Positions 40,349 through 50,104 of a DNA stretch of 64,000 bases are shown one piece after another. How positions within the stretch are numbered: position 1 is the first letter of the stretch; the number at the start of each line of letters is the position of its first letter. A program made the position numbers and the translations under genes. Under the pieces are notes generated by a model that ran no database searches, had not been told where the DNA came from, and saw nothing but the letters and a program-made list of their open reading frames with translations. Location of the stretch: the NCBI GenBank assembly GCA_965228875.1, contig OZ245843.1, forward strand, positions 850,616-914,615, read 5' to 3'. The stretch is from Thalassobaculaceae bacterium (lineage in GTDB: Bacteria > Pseudomonadota > Alphaproteobacteria > Thalassobaculales > Thalassobaculaceae).

Positions 40349-41568
40349 TCGGCCGGCGCGGGGTAGGGGGCGCGCGTCTCGGGTGCGGTCGACCGCTGCG
40401 CCGACGCCGGATACGCCGGGACAGGTGTCGCCCGCTCGGCGTCATACTCGGCGGCTAGTCGCCGCCAGGGCTGTTTCCGCAGCATGGTGCACCAGTAGGC
40501 GAAGCCGATGATGATGGCCAGGCCCGCGAGGTTGACGAGGGCGAAGGTGGCCGGGCTTCGGCCGATCTGGTCGAGGACCATGCCGGCGACCCGGGACAGT
40601 CCCATGCCGAGCAGGAATACCGGCAGGGAGTTCTGACCGACGGTGACGATCGGCTTCGCCCAATCGGACCGGAGCAGGTGGATCCTTGGGTTCACCAGCG
40701 CGAGGGCGATATAGGCCAGCGCCAGAAAATGCAGATAACGCAGCAGGCCGAAATCCGTCTTGCCCTGCAGGTCCCAGATCACCTCGCGCACCCAGCGCAG
40801 GACCTCGTACTCCCGGGCGATTCCCCAGTTGGCCGCCGGGACGGAGAGGACGACGAAGAGGACCGCCGCTGCGACCCAGAACCGCGAGATCGTCGGCGCC
40901 GGCAGCCATCCCATGGCGAACGCGAAGCCTGTGAAGAACAGCAACTGCCAGGCCAGCGGGTTGAAGAACCAGCGGATATCGTCGTGTTCCGGATGGGCCG
41001 GCAGCATGAGCCCGAAGGCGTGAACGCTGCCATAGACGGCGGCAACGAAGCCGAGGGCCGCCACCGGGTGGAGGCGGGACAGGGCCATGACCGCCGGAAC
41101 CAGGATCAGCGCGCCGATATACATCGGCAGGATGTCGAAGTAGTTCGGCACGTAGGTCAGCGTGAACAGCCCGATCAGGCCGGCGCCCGGATTCTCGAAG
41201 AACCATCCGAGGTTCAGCTGGTCGACGTAGTCGCGGGTGTCTGCGAGGAGTTGCGTCGCCGCAAAGACCAGGGTGGCGATGAAGACGAACATCGCGATGT
41301 GGGCGGCGTAGATCTGCCACACCCGGTAGCCGATCCTCAGGGTCCCGTAGGTGAAGCTGGCCTTGTAGAAGGTCGATCCGAACGCGAGTGCGGCCGCGAA
41401 GCCGGAGCAGAACACGAACATCTCGGTCGCGTCCGACCAGCCGAAACGGGCCGGAATATAGCTGGCCCACAGGTTCGCCGGCACGTGCGCGATGAAGATG
41501 ATCAGCATCGCAATGCCGCGGAAGAAGTCCAGGCGCGGATCGCGCGGCGAGCGGCTGGGAGTGCTCAT
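40345..41568 (-). CDS. opgC: OpgC-family periplasmic glucan succinyltransferase
   Basis: RDPRLDFFRG, GWSDATEMFVF.SG, PNYFDILPMY, FNPLAWQLLF, GQNSL.VF. Confidence 0.87.
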   Translation of the reverse strand: MSTPSRSPRDPRLDFFRGIAMLIIFIAHVPANLWASYIPARFGWSDATEMFVFCSGFAAALAFGSTFYKASFTYGTLRIGYRVWQIYAAHIAMFVFIATLVFAATQLLADTRDYVDQLNLGWFFENPGAGLIGLFTLTYVPNYFDILPMYIGALILVPAVMALSRLHPVAALGFVAAVYGSVHAFGLMLPAHPEHDDIRWFFNPLAWQLLFFTGFAFAMGWLPAPTISRFWVAAAVLFVVLSVPAANWGIAREYEVLRWVREVIWDLQGKTDFGLLRYLHFLALAYIALALVNPRIHLLRSDWAKPIVTVGQNSLPVFLLGMGLSRVAGMVLDQIGRSPATFALVNLAGLAIIIGFAYWCTMLRKQPWRRLAAEYDAERATPVPAYPASAQRSTAPETRAPYPAPAE

Positions 41569-41836
41569 CGTCGGTCTCTCTGGAATAACCGCTTGTGTCA
41601 GACGTCCATGGATATGGGATCGCCCGCGTCGGGGCCAATCAAACTCCCGGCACCCCTGGTTGACGGGATCGTGATGGCTGGCGTCCTTCGCCGTCCGGCG
41701 GTTCGGCCTCACCGTTTCTCACGTTTCGGTCAAGTGGGGCCGGGCCTGTGGCGCGGGCCGGCCGGCGATCCCATATTGCTCGCGGCTGTCCCGTGTCGGG
41801 TGGCTGGGGCGACCCGCAAGCTGGGCTCGGAAGAGG

Positions 41837-43747
41837 ATGATGACTGTGAATGAAATGGGCGCGACGTCGCAACGCCTCGCCTCGTCGCCGCAGCCGGAGC
41901 GCGTTCTGCGCCGGCGCCGCTGGACCTTCCTCGCACTTGTTTCGGTCACCGCACTGGCGCTGTTCGCCTGGATGGCGCGCCTCCTGGGCGGCGACGGGTT
42001 CGATCCGCTCGATATCGCCATGCTCGTCCTCTACGCCGGCACGCTTCCCTGGGTGGTGATCGGCCTGTGGAATGCGGTGATCGGCGTCGGCCTGATCCAC
42101 CTGCGTCGCGACTGGCTCGCCTCGGTCGTGCAGATTCATGGACTGGAGGACGACGAAACGCCGCTCACGACGCGCACCGCCATCGTCATGCCGGTCTTCA
42201 ACGAGGATCCTGCGCGCGTGTTCCGCCATCTGCGGGTGATCGAGACCTCGCTGGCCGAAACGGGCGAAGATGCGGCCTTCGATCTTTTCCTGCTGTCGGA
42301 TACCAACGATCCGCAGATCGCCGCCGAGGAGGAACGCCGGTTCGAGGCGTGGCGGGCGGTGTCCGCCTGGCCCGACCGGCTGCACTATCGCCGCCGGCTC
42401 GACAACGCCCGCCAGAAAGTCGGCAACATCGAGGCGTTCTGCGAGCGTTGGGGCGATCGCTACGCGCATATGGTCGTCCTCGACGCCGACAGCCTGATGT
42501 CCGGCGCGGCGATCGTCCGCCTGGCGCGGTTGATGCAACGCAATCCGCGGCTCGGCATCCTGCAGACCCTGGCGGTCGGGCTGCCGTCCTCGAGCGCGTT
42601 CGCCCGGATCTTTCAGTTCGGGATGCGCCACGGCATGCGCGCCTACACCACCGGCAGCGCCTGGTGGCAGGGCGACAGCGGGCCGTACTGGGGCCATAAC
42701 GCGATCGTCCGCCTCGATGCGTTCCGGCGTCACTGCCGGCTGCCGCGCCTGGACGGCGCGGCGCCCCTGGGCGGAGAGATCCTGAGCCACGATCAGGTCG
42801 AGGCGGCGATGATGCGCGCCGCCGGCTACGACGTGCGCGTGCTCCCGGTCGAAGGCGGCTCCTACGAGGAGAACCCGCCGAGTCTGCTCGATTTCATCAA
42901 GCGGGACCTGCGGTGGTGTCAGGGAAACATGCAGTACCTGAAGCTGATCGACTGGCCGCGCTGGCTCCCGCTGGGGAGGGTGCAGCTTGCGCTGGCGATC
43001 CTGATGTACCTGTCGGCGCCGCTGTGGCTCGGTTTCATCGCGCTGGGCATGACCCGGCTGTTCGCGGGCGGCGTCGATCCGTCCAGCGACATCGCCTTCT
43101 CCGACTCTCTGTGGGCCTCGGTCGCGTGGAATGAAGGGGCCGCCCTGTTCGCCACGATGATGGCCATAACCTTCGCGCCGAAGATCATGGGCATCGTTGA
43201 CATCATGCTCTCCGCCGCCAAGCGTCGGCGCTACGGCGGTGGGCCGAGGGTCGTGGCGGGAGCGCTCGTGGAGCTGTTGTTCGGCATGATGGTCGCGCCG
43301 GTCATGGCCGTGGCGCAGTCGGTCTTCATTGTCGGTCTGTTCTTCGGCCGGCGCATCACCTGGAATGCGCAGGCCCGCGACCCGCGTCAGGTCCGCTGGG
43401 CACAGGCCGCGTCGACCCTGTGGCCGCAGACGCTGGTGGGGCTCGGCGTCGCCGGCGTGCTCGTGACCGCCGCACCGGGAATGCTGCCGTGGGCGGCGCC
43501 GCTGGTGGCGGCATGGATCCTGGCGGTGCCTTTCGCCGTCGGGACGGCCTCGCCGGGCCTGGGCCGGCTGCTCCAGCGCTGGCGTCTGTGCGGCGTCCCG
43601 GAGGAGTTTGAGACGCCGGCGGAGATCGCTGCCGTGCAGGCACCGGACGACCGTGCGGACATCGTCGCGGTGCTGCCGACGGGCGGCGGTCCGGTGGTCC
43701 CGGCTCTGCCCAACCGGGTTCCGGTACCCCTGCGGGCGGACAGTTGA
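41837..43747 (+). CDS. opgH: Periplasmic glucan glucosyltransferase H
   Basis: MPVFNEDP, LLSDT, K.GNI..F, VLDADS.M, YWGHNAI, LSHD.VEA, RDLRWCQGN. Confidence 0.93.
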   Translation: MMTVNEMGATSQRLASSPQPERVLRRRRWTFLALVSVTALALFAWMARLLGGDGFDPLDIAMLVLYAGTLPWVVIGLWNAVIGVGLIHLRRDWLASVVQIHGLEDDETPLTTRTAIVMPVFNEDPARVFRHLRVIETSLAETGEDAAFDLFLLSDTNDPQIAAEEERRFEAWRAVSAWPDRLHYRRRLDNARQKVGNIEAFCERWGDRYAHMVVLDADSLMSGAAIVRLARLMQRNPRLGILQTLAVGLPSSSAFARIFQFGMRHGMRAYTTGSAWWQGDSGPYWGHNAIVRLDAFRRHCRLPRLDGAAPLGGEILSHDQVEAAMMRAAGYDVRVLPVEGGSYEENPPSLLDFIKRDLRWCQGNMQYLKLIDWPRWLPLGRVQLALAILMYLSAPLWLGFIALGMTRLFAGGVDPSSDIAFSDSLWASVAWNEGAALFATMMAITFAPKIMGIVDIMLSAAKRRRYGGGPRVVAGALVELLFGMMVAPVMAVAQSVFIVGLFFGRRITWNAQARDPRQVRWAQAASTLWPQTLVGLGVAGVLVTAAPGMLPWAAPLVAAWILAVPFAVGTASPGLGRLLQRWRLCGVPEEFETPAEIAAVQAPDDRADIVAVLPTGGGPVVPALPNRVPVPLRADS

Positions 43748-43778
43748 CGCGCGCCCGCGTCTCGCGTTCGCTGCCGCC

Positions 43779-44600
43779 ATGGACTGGCATTCGACACGAT
43801 GGGTGGACTGGGAGCACCTGACCACCGCCGACCTCGCCGCCGATAACGCCGCCGACAACGCCGCCGGCCTCCCGGCTGGAGCGGTCGCGCTGCTGCCCGT
43901 CGCGGCCGTGGAACAGCACGGGCCGCACCTGCCGCTCGGCACCGATGCGATCCTGACCGACGCCGTCGTCTCCGCCGCCCGCGCGAAGTTGCCACCGGGA
44001 GCGACGGTGCTGCGGTTGCCGACGCAGCGCATCGGACTGAGCCCGGAACACCGGGCCTTTCCCGGCACGCTGACCCTGGAGCCGGAAACGGTGATCGCGA
44101 CCTGGTCGGCGATCGGCGCGTCGGTGGCACGCGCCGGGGTGTCCCGGCTCGTCATCGTCAACGGCCATGGCGGTCAGACCGGGCTGGTCGATGTGGTCGC
44201 CACCCGGCTGCGGGTCGAGCACGCGATGACGGTGGTGCGGGCGACGACGTTCAGGCTGCTCGGCGATGCGGTGGACCTCGGCCAGCGGGAAGCGCGCTAC
44301 GGCCTGCACGGTGGGTTGCTGGAGACGTCGATGATGCTTGCCGTGGCGCCGGACCTGGTTCGCTGCGACCGGCTGGCCGACTTCCCGTCCCGCGCCGAGA
44401 CCTGGGAGCGGAGATTCGCGCGGCTCGAGGCGGAGGGTAGCACTGGACTCGCCTGGATGGCGCAGGACCTCAACGCCGAAGGCGCCACCGGCGACGCGTC
44501 CGGTGCCACGGCGGCGCTGGGTCTGCGGGTCCTGGACGCCATGGCCGGCAGTCTGGCGGCGATCATCGGTGACCTGTCGACGTTCGAGGGACTGGCGTGA
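43779..44600 (+). CDS. Creatininase/FAPy-deformylase family amidohydrolase
   Basis: EQHGPHLPLGTD, S.EH..FPGT, NGHGG, HGG..ETS. Confidence 0.87.
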   Translation: MDWHSTRWVDWEHLTTADLAADNAADNAAGLPAGAVALLPVAAVEQHGPHLPLGTDAILTDAVVSAARAKLPPGATVLRLPTQRIGLSPEHRAFPGTLTLEPETVIATWSAIGASVARAGVSRLVIVNGHGGQTGLVDVVATRLRVEHAMTVVRATTFRLLGDAVDLGQREARYGLHGGLLETSMMLAVAPDLVRCDRLADFPSRAETWERRFARLEAEGSTGLAWMAQDLNAEGATGDASGATAALGLRVLDAMAGSLAAIIGDLSTFEGLA

Positions 44601-45367
44601 CCGGCATGTGGGACGACATTCTGGCGGCCATGCTGCGGGCCCGCGAGGTCCGCCGGCTGGGTGGGGCGCCGGAACCGCTGCTCCGGGACATCGGGCGGAT
44701 GCGGGCCGCAAAATCCGACCTGCCGGCGTCCGGCGCGTTGCTGGACCTGGTCGCGGCGGCGGCGCATGGCCCCCTGGTTATCGGCCAACTCGGCCAGACC
44801 CTGGACGGCCGGATCGCCACCGCCGGTGGCCACTCGCACTACGTCAACGGTTCGGTGGCGCTCGATCACCTGCACCGGCTGCGGGCGCTGGCGGATGCGG
44901 TGCTGGTGGGAGCCGGAACCCTGCGCGGCGACGACCCGGCGCTGACCGTGCGGCGATGCCGGGGCGAGAACCCGGTCCGCGTCGTCCTGACCGGCGGCGG
45001 CCCGGTGCCGCGCGACCGCAAGGTCTTCGCCGATGGCGCGGCGACCACCCTTGTGACCGGCGTGGACCTGCCGTGCGAAGCGGGGGACGGCGGTGTCGTC
45101 TCTGCGCGGAGCGTCCTGGACAGCCTTGCGGCGATCGGCCTCGATGTCGTGCTGATCGAAGGCGGGGCGGTGACCCTGTCGCGGTTTCTCGCCGCCGGAT
45201 GTCTGGATCGCCTGCACCTCCTGGTCGCGCCGACGGTGCTCGGCTCCGGACGTCCGGGGATCATGCTGGACGAGGTCCAGTCGATGGATCAGGTGATCCG
45301 GTTCACGGCCAGCCGTCACGACCTGGGTGACGACACGCTGTTCGACCTGGTTCCGTGCCGAGATTAG
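44597..45367 (+). CDS. RibD C-terminal-like reductase
   Basis: GQTLDGRIA, LRA..DAVLVG.GT...DDP.LTVR, IEGG; GTGA overlap. Confidence 0.85.
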   Translation: MTGMWDDILAAMLRAREVRRLGGAPEPLLRDIGRMRAAKSDLPASGALLDLVAAAAHGPLVIGQLGQTLDGRIATAGGHSHYVNGSVALDHLHRLRALADAVLVGAGTLRGDDPALTVRRCRGENPVRVVLTGGGPVPRDRKVFADGAATTLVTGVDLPCEAGDGGVVSARSVLDSLAAIGLDVVLIEGGAVTLSRFLAAGCLDRLHLLVAPTVLGSGRPGIMLDEVQSMDQVIRFTASRHDLGDDTLFDLVPCRD

Positions 45368-45450
45368 GGTCGGCGGCCCACCCAGCGAGCGGTGGCGCAA
45401 GCGGGATGGGACGTTGCACGGCCGTGGCCGGACAGCGGCCGGACAGCGGA

Positions 45451-45939
45451 TCAACCCTCGGCGCCGGGCTCCACGATCAGGCGGCAGCAGCCGTTCTGGC
45501 CGGGCTTCCAGGTCTTGCCTTTGAACACGAAGCCCGCGGTTTCGAACAGGCCGCCGTCGATCCTGCCGGCGGCCCGGCAGAGCTGCTCCACCTCTTCATC
45601 AGAGCGCCCGTCGCCGACCCAGAAATCCTTCAGCGGACAGCGGTGGAACTGGATCTCGATCCGATCCTCGCTCCTCTCGATGACCTCCGGCGCGAACATG
45701 GCGTCACGGCCGGGAATGCCGCCGAGAAAGGCGTCGCACAGGCCGACCGTGTCGGCCGGCCCATGCTCCGCGAACCTGGCGCCCATGTCCTCACCGAGCC
45801 GTCTGGTCGCGTCGCCGAGCAGTTCGACCGCCTGTTCGGCGCCGAATCGCTCCTTCAGCACGTCGAAGATATGGCCGTAGGCCGAGGCGCGCATGTTCAC
45901 CGCCGCCCGCAGCTGCTCCAGTGTCACCGTGTCCGACAT
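45451..45939 (-). CDS. L-2-amino-thiazoline-4-carboxylate hydrolase-like protein
   Basis: About 160 aa with FHRCPL...W...LC..A..ID...CC pattern; GGAGG RBS. Confidence 0.6.
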   Translation of the reverse strand: MSDTVTLEQLRAAVNMRASAYGHIFDVLKERFGAEQAVELLGDATRRLGEDMGARFAEHGPADTVGLCDAFLGGIPGRDAMFAPEVIERSEDRIEIQFHRCPLKDFWVGDGRSDEEVEQLCRAAGRIDGGLFETAGFVFKGKTWKPGQNGCCRLIVEPGAEG

Positions 45940-45952
45940 GGTGCGTCCTCCC

Positions 45953-46948
45953 TCAGCACTTCAGCATGATCTTGCCGATATGCTTGCTCGACTCCATGAG
46001 CGCATGGGCCGCGGCCGCTTCGGTCAGCGGGAAGGTCTTGTACATGATCGGCTTGACCGTGCGGGCTTCCAGCAGCGGCCAGACCTTCTCCTCCAACTGA
46101 CGGGCGATGGCGGCCTTCTGGGCCACGGTTCGGGGCCGAAGGGTCGAACCGGTGATCGTCAGGCGGTTGGTCATCACCTTGAGGAAATTGAAGCTGTCGA
46201 CGACCGGCGGCTGCAGGAAGGCGATCTGGACCAGCCGGCCCTCCAGCTTGAGGGACTCCAGGTTCTTCTGGATGTAGGGCCCGCCGACCATGTCGAGGAT
46301 GACGTCGGCGCCGCCCGCGTCCTTCATGACGGCCTCGAAATCCTCTTCGCGGTAGTTGATCGCCCGATCGGCGCCGAGGTCGGTGCAGACCTTGCACTTA
46401 TCGGCGGAACCGGCGGTCGAGTAGACGGTGGCGCCGAAATGGTGGGCGAGCTGGATCGCGGTCGTGCCGATGCCGGACGAACCGCCGTGGATCAGGATCG
46501 TCTCGCCCTTCTGCAGACGGCCGCGCTCGAACACGTTGGTCCAGACGGTGTAGTAGTTCTCCGGAATGGCCGCCGCCTCCTCCAGGGAATAGCCCTCGGG
46601 GATCGGCGAGCAGGTGTCCGAGGCCGCCGTGCAGTATTCGGCGTACCCGCCGCCCGGAACCAGCGCGCAGACCCGGTCTCCGATCTTCCAGCGGGTGACG
46701 TCGGCAGCGACCGCGACGACCTCGCCGGCGATCTCCAGACCGGGGATGTCGGACGCCCCCGGCGGCGGCGGATAGCCGCCGGAGCGCTGAATGCAGTCCG
46801 GACGATTGACGCCTGCGAAGGCGACCCTGACCAGAACCTCTCCGGCGGCCGGAGCGGGAACGTCGCGGGTCGTCGGCTTCAGCACTTCGGGCGGCCCGCC
46901 GGCGCCTTCGATCTCGATCGCCGTCATCGTCGCCGGTACGTCAGTCAT
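45953..46948 (-). CDS. NAD(P)H-quinone oxidoreductase (PIG3-like MDR)
   Basis: AGVNRPD..QR.G.YPPP, HGGSSGIG, GSTLRPR, HIGKI. Confidence 0.92.
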   Translation of the reverse strand: MTDVPATMTAIEIEGAGGPPEVLKPTTRDVPAPAAGEVLVRVAFAGVNRPDCIQRSGGYPPPPGASDIPGLEIAGEVVAVAADVTRWKIGDRVCALVPGGGYAEYCTAASDTCSPIPEGYSLEEAAAIPENYYTVWTNVFERGRLQKGETILIHGGSSGIGTTAIQLAHHFGATVYSTAGSADKCKVCTDLGADRAINYREEDFEAVMKDAGGADVILDMVGGPYIQKNLESLKLEGRLVQIAFLQPPVVDSFNFLKVMTNRLTITGSTLRPRTVAQKAAIARQLEEKVWPLLEARTVKPIMYKTFPLTEAAAAHALMESSKHIGKIMLKC

Positions 46949-47167
46949 GCATTCCTCCCATCGTGTTTGACGACAGTTCTAGACCAGCGCGCCGCGACTT
47001 GGAATTGGCCGAATTTCCGGGCGCCGGGCTGGGCCAGGCCGGGGTCCGGCCCCGGGTGGCGAAGTTTAGCGTCTTGACTCCTGTCGCCACCGCTTTCGAC
47101 ACTTGTGGCCTAACCAAGGAGCCGGATCCACCGGCCGGTTTTGCTCTCGAGAGCTGGAGGAAGTGCC

Positions 47168-48490
47168 ATGAAGTCCACGAAATACGCCCGCCGGGCGGCG
47201 TTGGCCGTGCTCGGCGCGGCGGCGGTCGCCCTGCCGATGGCTACCCTGACGCCGGTCGCGGCCCAGGCGGCCGATCCGATCCGGATCGGTGTGATCTATG
47301 ACTTCACCGGGCCGTTCGCGGCCGGTGGGTCGACGGCCGCGGCCGTCGGCAATGAAATCGCCGTCGAACTCATCAACGAGCAGGGCGGCGTCGGAGGCCA
47401 CATGATCGAGACGATCGTCGCCGACGCCCAGTCGAAGGCGGAGGTGGCGATCAACGAAGCCACGCGCCTGCTCGACCAGGAGAATGTCGACCTCATCATG
47501 GGCGTGTTCTCGTCGGCCCACTGCGTGCCGATGGCGCAGAAGGTGGATGCCCAGCAGAAGTTCATGTGGGCGAACGTCTGCGTGTCCTCCGCCGTCTTCA
47601 AGGACAAGAACCTGAAGTACGTGTTCCGCGGCCAGGTCCACTCGGACCAGTTCGGCTGGGCGTCCTGCACGTTCCTGAACGAGTACGCCGAGAGCAAGCT
47701 CGGCATGAAGGCATCGGACCTGAAGGTCGCGATCATCTACGAGGACGGCCCCTACGGCTCCGGCGTCGCGTCGGGCAACGAGGAGACCTGCAAGGGCTAC
47801 GGCATGGACGTGACCCTGAAGGAAGGCTACTCGGCCACGGCCCCCGACCTGTCCAGCCTGGTCACCAAGCTGCGCCGTGCCAGGGCCGACGTGATCCTGC
47901 ACACCGGCTACAACCCGGACATCACGCTGTTCCTGCGCCAGGCCAAGGAGCAGGGTCTGAAGTGGAAGGCGCTGATCGGTCACGGTGCCGGCTACGGCCA
48001 GATCGACAAGCTGACCGAGGCCTTCGGAGAGGATGCCAACTTCATCTACAACACCGACCCGGTTGCCGCGCAGCTGCTCGATCCCGCGACTCTGGCGCCG
48101 GGCCTCGGCGACCTGACCGCGGAAATGGTGAAGCGCTACAAGGAGAAGACCGGCGCCAACGAAGTGCCGCCGCACACCTCCATGGGCTTCAACCAGGCCT
48201 GGATCTTCTTCAGCGACGTGCTGCCGCGGGCCATCAAGAACCATGGCGGCTACTCCCCGGACGCGCTGCGTGAGGCGGCTCTGGCGACCGATATCCCGGT
48301 CGGCGGCACCGTTCAGGGCTACGGCGTGAAGTTCAACCCTCCGGGCCACAAGATGGCCGGTCAGAACGAGCGCTCGTCGCCGGTGGTCATGCAGTACGTG
48401 GACGGGGAGACCAAGATCGTCTGGCCGACCGCGATCCAGACCATGGACCCGGTTCTTCCCCTGCCGGAAGGCCACACCTACGCGCGCTGA
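47168..48490 (+). CDS. Branched-chain amino acid-type ABC substrate-binding protein
   Basis: Signal peptide, IRIGVIYDFTGPFA, IYEDGPYG; GGAGG RBS. Confidence 0.9.
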   Translation: MKSTKYARRAALAVLGAAAVALPMATLTPVAAQAADPIRIGVIYDFTGPFAAGGSTAAAVGNEIAVELINEQGGVGGHMIETIVADAQSKAEVAINEATRLLDQENVDLIMGVFSSAHCVPMAQKVDAQQKFMWANVCVSSAVFKDKNLKYVFRGQVHSDQFGWASCTFLNEYAESKLGMKASDLKVAIIYEDGPYGSGVASGNEETCKGYGMDVTLKEGYSATAPDLSSLVTKLRRARADVILHTGYNPDITLFLRQAKEQGLKWKALIGHGAGYGQIDKLTEAFGEDANFIYNTDPVAAQLLDPATLAPGLGDLTAEMVKRYKEKTGANEVPPHTSMGFNQAWIFFSDVLPRAIKNHGGYSPDALREAALATDIPVGGTVQGYGVKFNPPGHKMAGQNERSSPVVMQYVDGETKIVWPTAIQTMDPVLPLPEGHTYAR

Positions 48491-48520
48491 TCGCTCGGGA
48501 TCATACCCCGACAAGAGGAT

Positions 48521-48554
48521 CCGCCGCCGATGCCGTTCCGGGCATCGGCGGCGG
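48521..48554 (+). terminator. Intra-operon stem-loop after the SBP gene
   Basis: Perfect 14-bp stem CCGCCGCCGATGCC-N6-GGCATCGGCGGCGG. Confidence 0.6.
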
Positions 48555-48602
48555 TGCCCTCGGCGATAAGCCATCGGTCACGTCGACAGGAAGGGTTCGG
48601 CG

Positions 48603-49376
48603 ATGGGAGAGATGCTGCAGGTCCGCGGCCTGACGAAAAAGTTCGGCGGCTTCACCGCCGTGAACGAGGTCGCGTTCGATCTGGACGAGGGCGAAATCCT
48701 CGGTCTGATCGGACCGAACGGCTCGGGCAAGAGCACGACGTTCAATCTCATAGCCGGGGCGCTGTCGCCGACGGCCGGTTCTGTCACCCTGGAGGGACAG
48801 GACATCACCGGTCTCGCCCCGACCAGGGTGTGCCACAAGGGAGTGGCGCGGACCTACCAGATCCCGCGCCCCTTCCGGAAACTGACGATTCTGGAAAATG
48901 TCGCGCTCGCCGCCTATTTCGGCGCCGACGGCGCGATCAGCCGGGAGGAGGCCTGGCGTCGTGCGGAGGACGCCCTTGAGCTCACTCAGCTCCCGGTCGA
49001 TGCCGGCGCCCGGGTGGACGGCCTCGGCGCCGCCGGCCTGAAGAAACTGGAGCTGGCCCGCGCGCTCGCGACCCAGCCGCGTCTTCTCCTCGCCGACGAG
49101 AGCCTCGGCGGTCTCGATGAGAAGGAGATGGACCAGGCGGCCGACATGCTGAGCCATATCCGCCAGCAGCGCGGCATCACCATCATCTGGGTCGAGCACA
49201 TCATGGGCGTGCTGATGCGGGTGGTGGACCGCTGCATCGTGCTCGACCACGGCGAGATCATCGCCGCCGGCCTGCCGCACGAGGTGGCCCACGACCCCAA
49301 GGTGGTCGAGGTCTATCTCGGGAGCGACGCCGAGGCGGTCCAGACCCAGGTCGCCGGTCTCGGCGCCGGCGCATGA
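48603..49376 (+). CDS. Liv-type ABC ATPase (LivG-like)
   Basis: GLIGPNGSGKST, RTYQIPRPF, VVEVYLG. Confidence 0.9.
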   Translation: MGEMLQVRGLTKKFGGFTAVNEVAFDLDEGEILGLIGPNGSGKSTTFNLIAGALSPTAGSVTLEGQDITGLAPTRVCHKGVARTYQIPRPFRKLTILENVALAAYFGADGAISREEAWRRAEDALELTQLPVDAGARVDGLGAAGLKKLELARALATQPRLLLADESLGGLDEKEMDQAADMLSHIRQQRGITIIWVEHIMGVLMRVVDRCIVLDHGEIIAAGLPHEVAHDPKVVEVYLGSDAEAVQTQVAGLGAGA

Positions 49377-50092
49377 CGGGGGGCAGAATGCTTGAACTGA
49401 AGAACGTTTCCGCCGGCTACGGCACGTTTCAGGCGCTGTTCGACGTCAGCCTGGAGGTTCATGCCGGCGAGGCGGTGGCCGTGATCGGCCCGAACGGAGC
49501 GGGCAAGACGTCGCTCCTGCGCGTGATCTCGAAGGTGATCGACCTGAACGGCGGGCAGATCTCGATGGAGGGCGTGCCGCTGAACGACGTGCCGGCGCAC
49601 AAGATCATCGAGCTTGGCATCGCCCACGTACCGGAGCACCGGCGCCTGTTCCCCCGGCTGACCGTCGAGGAGAACCTGAAGATGGGCGCGTTCATCTCGA
49701 CGGCGCGCGACCTCTACAACGAGCGCCTCGAGTTCGTCTACGAGCTGTTTCCGCGCATGAAGGAACGCCGCGACCAGCTCGCCGGCACGATGTCCGGCGG
49801 TGAGCAGCAGATGTGCGCGATCGGCCGCGGGCTGATGTCGGGGCCGAAGCTGCTGCTCCTCGACGAGCCGTCCGCCGGACTGGCGCCGGTGATCGTCCAG
49901 CAGGTGTTCGACCTGGTCCGGCGCATCCGCGAGGAGGGCTACACCGTGCTGATCGTCGAGCAGAACATCCAGCAGGTGCTGAAGGTCGTCGACCGCGCCT
50001 ACCTGCTCGAAGTCGGTCAGATCAAGATGAGCGGATCGTCCCAGGAGCTCCTGGAGAACGACGAAGTCCGCCGCGCTTACATCGGTCTCTGA
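49373..50092 (+). CDS. Liv-type ABC ATPase (LivF-like)
   Basis: GPNGAGKT, AGTMSGGEQQM, LDEPS.GLAP. Confidence 0.92.
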   Translation: MTGGRMLELKNVSAGYGTFQALFDVSLEVHAGEAVAVIGPNGAGKTSLLRVISKVIDLNGGQISMEGVPLNDVPAHKIIELGIAHVPEHRRLFPRLTVEENLKMGAFISTARDLYNERLEFVYELFPRMKERRDQLAGTMSGGEQQMCAIGRGLMSGPKLLLLDEPSAGLAPVIVQQVFDLVRRIREEGYTVLIVEQNIQQVLKVVDRAYLLEVGQIKMSGSSQELLENDEVRRAYIGL

Positions 50093-50104
50093 AGGAGGGA
50101 CGCC

